Source: Chrysochromulina tobinii (lineage: Eukaryota). From it: DNA of 64,000 bases. Made by a program: the position numbers and the translations under genes. Each line of letters opens with the position of its first letter. The stretch's first letter is position 1. This document shows positions 1 through 11,135 of the stretch, piece by piece. The stretch lies in contig JWZX01003269.1 of NCBI GenBank assembly GCA_001275005.1, positions 1 through 64,000 on the forward strand. The letters are read 5' to 3'. Under the pieces are notes generated by a model that saw only the letters and a program-made list of their open reading frames with translations, was not told where the DNA came from and did not search any database.

Positions 1-94
1 TTTCCCCGGGCCCCCCCCCCCCCCCTCCCCCCCCGTCGCAATGTCGCGGAGACTCACTGTATTGAGCGGTGCTACACTTGGCGCTGCACTGAGG

Positions 95-697
95 ATGAAG
101 CTCTTCATGGTCGGGCTGACGGCGTCGGCGGCGCTGCTGCCCGCCCAACCAAGTGTGCTCCGTTCTGCCAAAAATGGCCAGACGTGGACGATAAAGTCGA
201 CTGACTATCCCAAAATGCTCGCGCCGGCTATTGCGGTGCCGTGGATCGGCGGAACTGTCGCCGCTGGAGCATTGCCTGCAGTCTTCGTGGTCAAGAACCT
301 CAACCCGTGGTACAAGAATCTTGCCAAGCCAACGTGGAGTCCCCCAGATAAGCTGTTTGCGCCTGTGTGGAGCACGCTCTACGCGTTGATCGGCCTCTCG
401 TGCGCACTGGTACTTGGTAGCAACCCACGTGCGCTTCCGAAGCCTTTCCTCGCCTACGTCATCAACGCAACTTTGAACCTTGGCTGGGCTCCCGTCTTCT
501 TCGGCCTGCACCGCATACGCGCCGGCTTTTTTGTCTCATGCGGCCTCCTCGGGACTGCATGCTGGACGGCCCTCGAGTTCCGGAAGGCCGCGAATGCTGC
601 GCTGCCCGCCCTCTTGCTGTTGCCCTACATTGCGTGGCTCACATTCGCCACCGTCTTGAATGCCAAGTTGTGGCAGCTCAATGGGGCGAGCAAGTGA
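95..697 (+). CDS. TSPO: TspO/MBR (tryptophan-rich sensory protein) family, possibly plastid-targeted
   Basis: WYKNLAKPTWSPPDKLFAPVWSTLY, LNLGWAPVFFG and LLPYIAWLTFATVLN match TspO motifs. The ATG at 95 gives a signal-like MKLFMVGLTASAALL; an upstream in-frame ATG is at 41. Confidence 0.9.
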   Translation: MKLFMVGLTASAALLPAQPSVLRSAKNGQTWTIKSTDYPKMLAPAIAVPWIGGTVAAGALPAVFVVKNLNPWYKNLAKPTWSPPDKLFAPVWSTLYALIGLSCALVLGSNPRALPKPFLAYVINATLNLGWAPVFFGLHRIRAGFFVSCGLLGTACWTALEFRKAANAALPALLLLPYIAWLTFATVLNAKLWQLNGASK

Positions 698-1147
698 GGT
701 ATATGGGGCGAGCAAGTGAGTTATACATGAGATGGGCTCGGCTCGCAAAATCGAACGGACCGCGAGCCACGGCTCGTAGTGTTTTCATATTCTCTTCCAC
801 AACCAAAGGGGGCGCATTATTGCGTCGTGCCCGACGTACGCGGTCTGACTTCATCGTGTTTTCTCTCCGTCCTGGTCCTCGTGCCGCGTGTATTTCGTTT
901 CGCACGCGATGATTTCCGCATGGTCATCCAACGACTGGACGCGCACGAACAGAACACGCGCGCGTTCGACGTGTGCAGACCACGCGGAATGCGTCTAGGA
1001 TGTGTCGCGTTGCGGTTTCACACCTGAACCTTTACCGTTGCGTTCCGAAGAAGGAAAAATCTAAAGAAAAACGAGGATTCGAGACACCAGCGCACCGCAT
1101 CACCGACATGCGACACGGCCTCGACACCTCGACAGCCAGTCATCATC

Positions 1148-1813
1148 CTAGTCGCCACGTCCTCGAATGACTGGCGCTTTGATGCGGACGAATTCAGACG
1201 CGATTGGCAGCAGCCGATGTGGCGGTGGCCGTACGCGCAGCCAACGGTAGAGCGCCACGAGCCACACCTCAAACATGTGCATTACACGTGCGACCGGGTT
1301 GTCGCCCGCGCTGGTCAGTTGGGCCGTCCGCACGCACAGCATGCCGTGCAGGTTTCCAAACGTAACATCGGTAAAGTATCGGTCGCCGACCATGACCAGG
1401 CGCGCCGGGTCGACGTTCCCAAAGTGCGCACGAACGCTCTCGAAGCCTCGCGGCTTCTTCTCTGGCCGACGCAGCACAGGTACACCGAGCGAGCGCTCGA
1501 GGCGGTTGGCGGTCGCATGGCCAGGGTCGTCAGGCGTGCCCGCAGAATTGCTCAGCACGGCGACCCTTCCTTCGAAGGCCTCGCGGCACTCGCGGAGTGC
1601 GGCCACGAGCATCGGCTCAATTGCGTCAGAGTACGGCACAGTCAGCGTGTTGTCCTTGTCAAATATGACAGCTTCGCAGCCGGCCGCCCGCAGCCGGCGA
1701 AAATCAAGCTGACGAATGTCGGCGACCTCGACGTGCGGCACGGCGAGCGACGGCTGCCGTAAGAGCACGCGCACGGTCGTGCGCACCGCGGGCCAGTTCC
1801 ACGACTGCGGCAT
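1148..1813 (-). CDS. HAD-IIIA phosphatidylglycerophosphate phosphatase (GEP4/YqeG-like)
   Basis: IFDKDNTLTVPY, VLSNSAG, KKP and MVGDRYFTDVTFGN correspond to HAD motifs I-IV. Confidence 0.9.
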   Translation of the reverse strand: MPQSWNWPAVRTTVRVLLRQPSLAVPHVEVADIRQLDFRRLRAAGCEAVIFDKDNTLTVPYSDAIEPMLVAALRECREAFEGRVAVLSNSAGTPDDPGHATANRLERSLGVPVLRRPEKKPRGFESVRAHFGNVDPARLVMVGDRYFTDVTFGNLHGMLCVRTAQLTSAGDNPVARVMHMFEVWLVALYRWLRVRPPPHRLLPIASEFVRIKAPVIRGRGD

Positions 1814-2548
1814 ATGTGCTCGCAAATTCTGCTTGTGTGAACGTTAACACGACAGACGCGACACGAAACCAAGAAATTCTATCTCTCGCGCGTTCTCCGA
1901 AGCTCCTGCCATTGTTTGGGGTGAACATCTGTGAATTCCCACGTCGACGTACGCCGTAGCCGGCGTAAATTTCTGTGAATTCACACCTCGATCTCGCGCG
2001 CTCACGACTAAAAGTTATCGCGATGTCCCGATGAGAGCTGTGGTAACTCCGTTCACCAGAGTTTACTCTCACAGCACATGGGCAGCAGTAGACCTTACCA
2101 TGTGTGCGAAGCCGATGGCACAACGAGACGGCCAAACACACACCAGACCACACGCGCTCACGACTCATGCGTCATGCCTTCGTTGACTGTAACAGCATCA
2201 TACGCGGCGCCTTGGGAATAGGGAAATTCCCCACGCATGCCACATAAGTGAGGACCCCTTGCCAGGGCGAAAGAGCCGTGACCAGCTCGGTAAAATGGGA
2301 CCATATTAGATGCGAGCCGGAGGCGGGGGAGAGTGGGGGGAGAGCGGGGGAGATCGGGGGAAGAGCGGGATAGATCCATATTAGGATAGATCCATGGAGT
2401 GCTTGCAGAGCCTTGTCTCCGGCCGAAACCCCTCGCCAAAACGGGCTTGGTCCAGAGACCATCATAGGCGACGCAGACGAGGGCGGCGAAGGGTTCGCGG
2501 GAACGGAAGGGGGTCCACAGAGAATCATGCTGATGCCTTGTCGATGCC

Positions 2549-3586
2549 TCATGGGTCTTTCGAGCCCCCAACGCGGCGCTTCAGACTCAGTGTCAGCTGG
2601 TCGGTCTGCGCCGACAACGCGTGCATCTCTTCCATCAGCCTGAGCACGTCGTCCTTCTCGCGCACGCCCAGCGAGGCGACGGCGCCCTGCGCCTGCAAAG
2701 CCGCCACACGCCGCGCGGCCGCCTCGGCTCGCTCCTGGTCGGCCGCGAGCTGCCGCTGTGCATCCCGAAGCTCCATCTCGCCGTCTTTTTTGAGGGTGAG
2801 CTCCTTGGTGAGCATCTCATCCGACTTGCGCTTCGCAGCCTCCGCCTTCTGCCGATCGACCACAGCCTTCTGCATCTCAGCATCCATCATGAAGATGCGC
2901 CGCTCCGAGCCCTCCTTCAGACGTTTCGCCTCCTCGACGCGCGTGCGGAACACCATGGTCACGAGGGATCGGAACGAGAGCGTCAGTTTGCGGTGCCGCC
3001 AGTGCAGCAGCGCCTTGCGCAGCTTAAAGCGTGCCATGAGCTCCTTGAGCTGCTTCTCGGCCGAGTCCTTCTCCGCCTCCAGCTGCCGATGCTCGGACTG
3101 CACTTCCTCAAGCTCCTTCTCGATCTGCGCGAGCTCTTTCTCCGGGTCCGACCGCTTGGCCCGGGCATTTTCCAGGTCTGATTCGGCGGAGTCGCGACGC
3201 GTCTCCTCGGACATGCCTGCAGCCGCATGGTCGGAGACGCACATCCGCGAGGTCCGAACGGCCTGCATCCACTCATGCATCTCTTTCTCGCTCTCGGCAG
3301 CTAGCACCACGCTCTCGCCTCCAGCATGTGACAATACGAACGTGAATGGGCGCGCCGTCTTCTCATCACGAAGCCGAACGTTCGCTTCGTCGAGGAGCAC
3401 CACACCGTTGGGCTTGTCGCGAAAGCCAAGAAAGTCACGGGGCGCCTGGAAATACATGAGCACGTTATCGCGTAACACAAACCATCTGCGGTTCCACTTG
3501 GATCCCGTTTCCTGGCCGCCACCGAGCTTCCAAAGGTACCCCTGCCGAGCTTGCAGGAGAGTCTGCAGATCAACTTGTGGATCCAT
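2549..3586 (-). CDS. PH-domain protein with coiled-coil C-terminus
   Basis: RQGYLWKLGG...WNRRWFVLRDNVLMYF...LAAESEKEMHEWMQAV, followed by an E/K/A-rich helical region. Confidence 0.88.
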   Translation of the reverse strand: MDPQVDLQTLLQARQGYLWKLGGGQETGSKWNRRWFVLRDNVLMYFQAPRDFLGFRDKPNGVVLLDEANVRLRDEKTARPFTFVLSHAGGESVVLAAESEKEMHEWMQAVRTSRMCVSDHAAAGMSEETRRDSAESDLENARAKRSDPEKELAQIEKELEEVQSEHRQLEAEKDSAEKQLKELMARFKLRKALLHWRHRKLTLSFRSLVTMVFRTRVEEAKRLKEGSERRIFMMDAEMQKAVVDRQKAEAAKRKSDEMLTKELTLKKDGEMELRDAQRQLAADQERAEAAARRVAALQAQGAVASLGVREKDDVLRLMEEMHALSAQTDQLTLSLKRRVGGSKDP

Positions 3587-4090
3587 CTTGTGACTCGCGC
3601 CGCTAAACGCCGCCACACGAGACAGGCGAGTCGGCGCACGCCGGGTGTGTGTGAATTTAAAACAGGACCACCCCCGCGCGCTTACTGTGATGTGCGCCTA
3701 GTTCAGGGTAATCGGTCGCGTGATCGTGCGCGCTCCAAAGTCAATACCCTAGTTGTCCAAGATACCCCACGCGGAACCTCCACTGTAAATACACCACTCA
3801 CACCGAGCACGGTACCGGTACCGATACCGGTCACATCCTATTGTGTCGGTGAGTCGGTTCTCGGTTCTGATAAGGTTCGTTTGTGTGATTGCTGCTGATT
3901 CCGTGTGTCGTGTCCCCCTGGGCCTGGGCGCCTGGCGTGTTTTCCCGTGACCGCGTGCCCGGACGTGTGTCCTCGGCTCCCCCCGGTGTTTTTGAACCTA
4001 TACGGTCGGTTACCGGTACCTACCGGTGTCTTTTTACCGGTAAAATAGGTATCATCACACTTCTTGCGTTCATGGTTCTCGCCTGTGGTG

Positions 4091-5116
4091 ATGAGCGCTC
4101 CTATGCACTCGAGCGCGTATGCTCGAGCGCCTATTATGCACGGCGGCCACGGATTCGCCAATGACTTTGAGCATTTCGTAGCGACGAGGAAAGCCTACGA
4201 TCGCATGATTCACAAGGCCAGCCACTACTTTCACATTTATGAGACGCATTTCGCCCCGTTGCGTGCCTCCGGCAAGCCCCTTCGCATGCTTGAGCTGGGC
4301 GTGCAGAGCGGAGGATCGCTCGAGATGTGGAAGTCGTACTTTGGCGAGTCTCTCGAATTGCACGGTGTCGACATCAACCCTGCGTGCATGCGCTTGAATG
4401 ACCCAAAGCGCAAGATTACAATCCACCTAGGCGCAACCTCTGACTCCGAGTTCATGGAGGACCTCGCCCGAAAACTCGCGCCCCTGGACATTGTGGTCGA
4501 TGACGCCTCGCACCATTCGGCCGACATCATGGCTGCTCTGGTGCACCTCTTTCCAGTCATCCGACTCCAGCCGCCCTCCGGCCAACTTGGGCCGAGGCCC
4601 GCATGGGGTCCGCATGGCGGCTTGTACGTGGTGGAAGACCTCCACACGAACTATTGGATCAATGGCGAGTTCAAAGAGGGGCCAGGCAACCCCGCCACCT
4701 TCATCGAGCAGGCCAAGCGTTACGTGGACCAGATGCATGCCGATCATGCATATAATTGGACCGACCCCGCGTCAGGCAGATCGCTCAAGAGTCCGTCCAT
4801 GGGCATGCGCCTGATGGCACCCACCGATGCGCTCTCGAAGACGATTGTGGGGATGCACTTTTACCCAAGTGTGGTGGTGCTCCAAAAAGGCGTGTTCCGT
4901 TCGCGCGATTTCGAGGCGGGAGGCTTGAAATTGAGGCACGAAATGTCGCTGGAGCACCAGAGGCCGAGTGCAACTCAAGTTGCCCGTGCGCGCTGGACTG
5001 CAGCTCAAGTGAGTTACTTCGCGAGATACCACCGAAATACCACGTCAAAACCGCACGTGCGACCGCGAGCAACCCCAAAGCCAAATACACCACCCCAACG
5101 ACCGCGTGCGACCTGA
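4091..5116 (+). CDS. Class I SAM-dependent O-methyltransferase (Methyltransf_24 / sugar O-methyltransferase-like)
   Basis: MLELGVQSGGSLEMWKSYF, HGVDINPAC, LDIVVDDASH, GGLYVVEDLHTNYW. Start codon uncertain. Confidence 0.8.
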   Translation: MSAPMHSSAYARAPIMHGGHGFANDFEHFVATRKAYDRMIHKASHYFHIYETHFAPLRASGKPLRMLELGVQSGGSLEMWKSYFGESLELHGVDINPACMRLNDPKRKITIHLGATSDSEFMEDLARKLAPLDIVVDDASHHSADIMAALVHLFPVIRLQPPSGQLGPRPAWGPHGGLYVVEDLHTNYWINGEFKEGPGNPATFIEQAKRYVDQMHADHAYNWTDPASGRSLKSPSMGMRLMAPTDALSKTIVGMHFYPSVVVLQKGVFRSRDFEAGGLKLRHEMSLEHQRPSATQVARARWTAAQVSYFARYHRNTTSKPHVRPRATPKPNTPPQRPRAT

Positions 5117-5591
5117 GTCTGACCACCACAATTTTCGCCATCAAAATTACGTGTTACGCGTATCCGGTCCGCCCCGCCGTTCATGCCGCCGCAGGTTGAA
5201 GGCTGAAGGCACACCGCACCTAACGCTTTTAGTCCTCTTTCAGTCCTCTCTTGTATACGTTCTACTATAAGTTGCTCAAGCGCCGACTCGGTGGCTTTCA
5301 ATAGAGCCACGAACGCTTCGAGCGCTTCGCAAACACCGCTGCGCATCCCTTTTTGGATTTGGACCATGATTTGGACCTACACAGTCACGCTTGTGCAAAT
5401 AATTGGCTTGTGCTGGGGAGTGAACCATTGCGCATTGGGCATTGGGGTGGGGTGCCGGGATTCAGCATGGGACATGGCAAAGGATGCACAGGCCTTCGTG
5501 ATCGCCCGCAATGTTTGAATGGAAAAGTGGTCGCTTTGGAGTGACGAATGCGCGTCGTACGGTATGTTTCACAGATGCAATCAGGTGTGGC

Positions 5592-6191
5592 ATGTCGACA
5601 AGGGCTTCTGAAGAGATGTGTGCCGTATGCCTCGAACCGCTCGCTCAGGGCGCCGATAGGCTACGCGGCAGTCCACGGTGCCCTCACTTTTTTCACGCGG
5701 CCTGCGTGCAAGCGTGGCAAGACGAGAAAAAGACCTGTCCGACTTGCCGCGCTTCTCCACCTGGCACGCTTCCGCCAAGCACTTGTCTCGCTGGCGATTC
5801 CGATGCCGAGCCTCGTGGAGCTCCATCACGCACTGTGCGGATTTTTACGTGGCTCACCCTGCTGCTCACACCGTGGCCTCGCTCGCCAGGCGGAGGAGCG
5901 GACAACAGAGGAGCGGGGACTGGAGGAGCAGAGGAGTGGAACGCGGCTCGGGGTATTGGCGACTGGCGAGCCCGAATGGAGCGCATTTATGCTGCAGAGG
6001 CGGCCGCGGAGACGGCGGGCAGCAATGACGACGACGACGACGACGACGACGACGATGAGGAGCATGATGTGGACGCCGAGGACGACGATGCCGAGGACGA
6101 GGACGACGATGAGGACGATGAGGCGGCGGCCAGTGGGCCTCCGCTGCCGCCAACAGAGGCTCACATTGGGCCGGTTGTCAGCTTGAGCTGA
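5592..6191 (+). CDS. RING-H2 finger protein (putative E3 ligase) with acidic tail
   Basis: CAVC...CPHFFHAAC...W...CPTCR; a (GAC)n tract encodes poly-Asp. Confidence 0.85.
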   Translation: MSTRASEEMCAVCLEPLAQGADRLRGSPRCPHFFHAACVQAWQDEKKTCPTCRASPPGTLPPSTCLAGDSDAEPRGAPSRTVRIFTWLTLLLTPWPRSPGGGADNRGAGTGGAEEWNAARGIGDWRARMERIYAAEAAAETAGSNDDDDDDDDDDEEHDVDAEDDDAEDEDDDEDDEAAASGPPLPPTEAHIGPVVSLS

Positions 6192-6482
6192 CGTCTTAAT
6201 AATTTCCCCCAAGTTCACAGCCAATGGTTATAATTCGACACCCAGAGACACCGGACCGGCGTACAAGCATACGGATGCGGTTACCACTAGCTCGGGGATC
6301 CGTGTGGGACCCCCTATTATCACAGCCATACTCGATCAGCCGCCGGGCCGGGCCACTTAAAGCTTAGCCCCGCCCGGTCGCTTTTAGTTCACACGGTCGC
6401 TTTTAGTTCACACAAGAGAGACGAGGCCGCGCGGGCCCTCGAAGCCGAGGGCCCCTGGATTCCTGCCTGCTTGCTTGAAGTC

Positions 6483-8195
6483 ATGGCGAGCACCGAGTCC
6501 ACCACCCTCGCCAGCTACCTCTGCTCGCGCGGTGGCTTCGTGCACGATGATCTCGAGCTCTTCGGCCGCTCATCGGGTGAGCGTGAGCGCGGCGTCTTCA
6601 CCGTTGGGCCGATTCGGCGTGGTGAGCTGCTGCTCCGTCTTCCACGCGATGCTGTCATCTGCGCATGCGAGAACGAAGACGCCGAGTGCGGTTGGATGCC
6701 CAAAGCGGCGCGCACAGTTTCGCCGGTGCTTCGCACGGCGCTCTACTTGATGCGTGAGCTCGCGCTTGGCGACGGCTCCTCTTGGGCACCCTACCTGCGC
6801 ATGTTGCCTTGCGAGTATGACACGCTCGAGCACTGGACGACAGACGAGCTGGAGGCACTGCGAGGTACGAGTGTGCACGACGAGCTGAGTGGGCTGCGCG
6901 ATGCGAGTGGCTCGCTCGTTGGCGCCGCGGAGATTCTCTGGACGAAGGAGATTCGGCCGCTCGTCGAGGCGCATCCAGCTCTATGGCCAGACCCATCCCT
7001 GGGTGCCTTCCTGCGTGCGTGTGCGGCCGTGCGCACGCGCGGCTTCTTCGACGCGGCGGCTACCGGTGGCGCCGCAGGGCCCTACATGCTCCCAGCCATC
7101 GACATGCTCAACCACTCGCGTGCTGGCCAGGCTACTTCCCTCGTCGTCGAGCGTAGTGTCGAGCGAACGGAGGGCTCAGCCGCCAGCCGCAGCGCCCCTA
7201 GCAGCGAGAGCAGCGGCGGCATCACCCGTGGCGGCAACTCGCCGCTGGTCTTCTCGATGAGGGCAGAGCGCGACCTCGCTGCAGGCGAGGAGGTGGTGCA
7301 CACTTATGATGACTTCTCCGACAGTCAGCTGCTGCTCACGTATGGTTTCGTCTCGTCGGACGGCGAGGCGGCGTTGCCCACCACAGCGCTCCTCACCCTC
7401 GAGGCCTTGTTGCGTGCGGCCAAGGCCACCGCCGAGGCGGTGACACGCTCGCTACCCGGTCCCAGCGGAGGCAGCAGCGGCGGCGGCGGCGGCACTGGCC
7501 GGTCGCTTCCATGGGTTCCTCTCGAGGGATGGTTTGCCAAAGAGGCTGCGTGTGCGCGCTTGCTCGCTCCGTACGGTGGCCGGCTGGCTGTGAGCATCGT
7601 CGAGCCGTTGCCCGATGCGTTGCTCACGACGATGCTCCTTTTGATGATGCCCTACGAGGACTTTGCAGAGCTGCTTGGCGTTGACGCGGACGGTGTGAAC
7701 GTTGGCGAAGGCGGCGGCGGTAGGAACGAAGTCGAAAGCGGCCAGACCGGCATGGGCGCGCCTCGTGTACCACTGCTCGATAGCTCCGTACTCGAGGACG
7801 AGCCGCTGCTCGCTGCCATCGTTGTCGAGGCGACGGTGGCCGCCATCAGCACGGCAGAGGCACGCTATCAGGACGAGACCTCAGCGATGAGGGGGCTTGG
7901 CACAACGAGTGACGAGAGTGAGGCACGCGGCACGGCGCACATAAGGCGGCTGGCAGCGGCACGGGCGCTGGTCCAGGGCGAACGTGCGGCGCTGGCAGCC
8001 ACGCGGCGGGCGGCGCTGCGGTTGCTCGTAGAGGTGGGGCTGGACAACGATGGTGAGGATGAGGAAGGAGAGGAGGACGAGGGCGAGGAGGACGAGGGCG
8101 AGGAGGACGAGGGCGAGGAGGACGAGGGCGAGGAGGACGAGGGCGAGGAGGACGATGATGCACAGCCGCCACCGCCCAAGCAGCAACGCCGGTAA
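6483..8195 (+). CDS. SET-domain protein lysine methyltransferase (SETD6/RBCMT-like)
   Basis: ERGVFT...GELLLRLP, SSWAPYLRMLP, PAIDMLNHS, GEEVVHTY...QLLLTYGF; tail of 15-bp repeats encoding EEDEG. Confidence 0.88.
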   Translation: MASTESTTLASYLCSRGGFVHDDLELFGRSSGERERGVFTVGPIRRGELLLRLPRDAVICACENEDAECGWMPKAARTVSPVLRTALYLMRELALGDGSSWAPYLRMLPCEYDTLEHWTTDELEALRGTSVHDELSGLRDASGSLVGAAEILWTKEIRPLVEAHPALWPDPSLGAFLRACAAVRTRGFFDAAATGGAAGPYMLPAIDMLNHSRAGQATSLVVERSVERTEGSAASRSAPSSESSGGITRGGNSPLVFSMRAERDLAAGEEVVHTYDDFSDSQLLLTYGFVSSDGEAALPTTALLTLEALLRAAKATAEAVTRSLPGPSGGSSGGGGGTGRSLPWVPLEGWFAKEAACARLLAPYGGRLAVSIVEPLPDALLTTMLLLMMPYEDFAELLGVDADGVNVGEGGGGRNEVESGQTGMGAPRVPLLDSSVLEDEPLLAAIVVEATVAAISTAEARYQDETSAMRGLGTTSDESEARGTAHIRRLAAARALVQGERAALAATRRAALRLLVEVGLDNDGEDEEGEEDEGEEDEGEEDEGEEDEGEEDEGEEDDDAQPPPPKQQRR

Positions 8196-8802
8196 GCGTA
8201 GTGACTGTCTTGTCGCGTTGGTCCTGGTCGGTGCTACTTTACGTGCTGCCGTGCTCGTGCGCGAGCACGAGCCACGACACACGTGCGTGTCGGGCTCGTG
8301 CTGGGCGAGACGGCAAGTCCCGGGCTTGTACTTCAGCTCGTGTAGCATTCAGGATTGGGGTGGACTGCGTGGCGTGGGGTATGCGGGATCGCTACGGGCT
8401 CGGACCTCGGTTGGGTCTGGGGACATGACGGGGACCTCGGACCTGGCTCTTGTGGGCACCGGCCGGGCCGGCTCGGCTTGTCCCACCGACGCAGTTCCGG
8501 GTTGCCCGCAATGCCGTGCGCTGCGTATGGCGTTAGTTGCACTGATGTATCTGTCGCGCGTTGTACCGCGACACGCCAAGTAACATCGGACGGGAACCGG
8601 CGAATAACCAACATCATCCGAACATGCAAGTTGGAAGTTGCGAACATCGTTCCGACTTCCGTCCAGTCCGGTCTCGCGCAGCTGCGAGCTGGTCAGTCTC
8701 AGTGGTCTCGCGTCATGTCTCGCGTCGAACGTCCGAAGACGAAGTCGCAATGACGGGTCGAAGTTAACTGTGTCGAAGACTTGCGTACTCAACACGATCT
8801 GG

Positions 8803-9147
8803 TTTGATCCGATCTCGCTGATGCGTACTACATTGACCCTCTAAGCAAAACAGCCCCGCGGCGGGGGCTAACCCGATACCAGTACGATACCAGATATATC
8901 TCGACTCCTCGTACCTACGAGACAACAGACCTCGAGACTACGGCAATTGGCTTTGATGTCCTCCCCTGCAGGCCCATCGCTTTGATCCGATCTCGCTGAT
9001 GCGTACTACATTGACCCTCTAAGCAAAACAGCCCCGCGGCGGGGGCTAACCCGATACCAGTACGATACCAGATATCTCGACTCCTCGAGACAACAGACCT
9101 CGAGACTACGGCAATTGGCTTTGATGTCCTCCCCTGCAGGCCCATCG
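8803..9147. repeat. Tandem duplication of about 170 bp (8803-8979 and 8981-9147)
   Basis: Near-identical units starting tttgatccgatctcgctg; copy 1 carries extra 2-nt and 8-nt insertions. Confidence 0.95.
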
Positions 9148-10102
9148 GTAGAGCTCCCAATCCCACGGGTAGAGCACGTCGCGCACAAAGGCCCGGTCGC
9201 TTGCGCTCAGGACCGAGTTGCGCGCGGCGCGATGAGCGCGCGTGTGCGGCTTGACGTCATGCCGCTTGTGCTGGTGCGCGGCCACAGCCGGCGACGCGAC
9301 GCCGAAGGCCGCGAGGAAGCGCCGCCAATCGCTCTCGAAGCGCTCGGTGCACACGAGGTGTAGCTCCGTCTCGGTGCAGTTGAGCCCCTGCAGGTACCAG
9401 AGCTGAGAGATGAGGAACAGGCTACCATTCGTCGGTCCGGGGTAATTGGTCAGACGGTTGTGCCAATCGGGCTGTGCAGCGCTCGATGCATACAACCTCG
9501 CTGGCCCGTTGGCGGTCGCCTGCGGTGCTCGTCCGCTCTCCTCCTCTCTCAAGGCTTGCCTCATGTGCTGCACGAGCAGCGTCGCCGTGACCTTTGTGCG
9601 GTTGCGCCGCGTCGAGGGGATTGACATCACCAGTCGCTCGTGCCTCATGTAGCTGTCGTGTGTCGCGGAAGGCGGACTCAAAGCGTTCGGCAGGGTCGCG
9701 CACGGTCATCACGATGCACTGTGCTGGGCGGCGCCAGTGCTTTGGTCGACGACGCTGCAGCCACGTCTGCATGCCTCCGACGTTGAGAGCGTGAGACGAG
9801 TTCGTTTTTGTGACCCGCATTCGCGAGTCCATGACCGGATACTGCAAGCGATAACGCTGCCCCGCAGCAAGCTCTGGGATGCTTTCGAAGGCGGCCGTAA
9901 GCGACGCAGATCCCGTGGCTGGATTGGAGATGGGCACGCACTGTGATAGCGCGTGCGTGCGGTGCACTCGGCAAGCGGATAGCTGTGCCAGGCTGGGGAA
10001 ACTGTGCGCAACTGTAACCCGCACAGCGCCGAAGCTGGGGTGGGCAGGAATTCGCACGTCGATTCGCGCATCCCGTCCCGCGACGGCGTCGTGCCCATTC
10101 AT
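9106..10102 (-). pseudogene. Sulfotransferase-like gene split by an apparent frameshift near 9660
   Basis: NPATGSASL (5'-PSB-like) and TVRDPAERFESAF (3'-PB-like) are in one frame; CTERFESDW...VLYPWDWELY (Sulfotransfer_2-like C-terminus) is in another. Confidence 0.65.
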
Positions 10103-10323
10103 CGCCTGTGGCTAGTGAGGTCCGAGGGTCAAATCGCACTGACGCGCCTCGCACGCCAGCTCGACTGCTCGAGAGCGCGTTGGATGTGGACCATGAACCA
10201 ATAGTGGTCCAATCAACGTGCGACGGAGCGTGGCGGGCGGGTTCTGCATGCAGGAACAATTTGTGAGCACGTGGAGTGTTTTTTGAAATCCTCACATAAT
10301 TCACACCGTGGCATCTCTACTGT

Positions 10324-10348
10324 TTGACTTGACTTGACTTGACTTGAC
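10324..10348. repeat. (TTGAC)5 pentanucleotide microsatellite
   Basis: Read directly; the same motif recurs at 35225-35280. Confidence 0.9.
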
Positions 10349-10381
10349 ACCTCTCGTCAACGGTCGACCGTGAAGTGCAGT

Positions 10382-10864
10382 ATGGCGGCATCGTCGTCCG
10401 TGTTCAACAAAGACGGTCGTGAGTATCTCCGTGCCCCGCATCACCAGTTTGGCGCTCCAGGCAGAGAACTGAACCGCGTAACACACCCAGCGTTTGGAGT
10501 GCCCGGGCGAGAGTGGGTGCGTGAGTGGGTGTCAGAGCCAGTAGTTGGCACCGTCGGGCAATCATCCAGTTCCGAGGAGCTCAATCGTGTACGCAACGAG
10601 AATCAGCAACTGCGAGAGGAGCACCAGCGACTGCGAATGGAGAACCAGACTCTCAAGGAGATGGATCGGCTGCGTGGCGAAAACGAACGCCTCACTCGTG
10701 AGCTGGCCGAGATGCAGCGGCGGCGCAAAGATGTTGCAGCGGCGGCACTTCTGCCGTCGACGCGCGTGCCTGCGATGCCTGGGCTGACCCAGGGCGCCTC
10801 CTCCAAGGACGGAAACCTCGACGCATGTCTCAGAAGGGAACTGTTACAGAATGAGGTTCGATGA
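10382..10864 (+). CDS. Hypothetical coiled-coil protein
   Basis: ELNRVRNENQQLREEHQRLRMENQTLKE heptads; two HxxFGxPGRE repeats. Confidence 0.5.
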   Translation: MAASSSVFNKDGREYLRAPHHQFGAPGRELNRVTHPAFGVPGREWVREWVSEPVVGTVGQSSSSEELNRVRNENQQLREEHQRLRMENQTLKEMDRLRGENERLTRELAEMQRRRKDVAAAALLPSTRVPAMPGLTQGASSKDGNLDACLRRELLQNEVR

Positions 10865-11135
10865 AAATGACATCATCCATGATCCTGGTGACATTTGATA
10901 TTTGTAGCCCGCGCGTACGCACGATCATTTACCGAAGAAGAGGGTCGTGAAGGTTAAACTGTGTAACCGGTCTTGTTAAGAAAAGGTGAGAAGAGTTTTT
11001 ACATTGCTCAACGGACCCCAGCCCGGTCAAGCGTCTCTCTAACGTTGGTCGTTGCACCATGCTCGACGCTCTCCGCTGAGCGCTGCATAGATGACCAGAC
11101 TGGGATGCTTACACTAAATGGCTTTTGGTTCGGCT

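Noticed and set aside
1..34. Telomere or contig-end repeat
   Set aside because: A simple poly-C tract, with no telomeric unit array.
8196..8800. Protein gene between the SET gene and the 170-bp duplication
   Set aside because: Only short ORFs without recognisable motifs.
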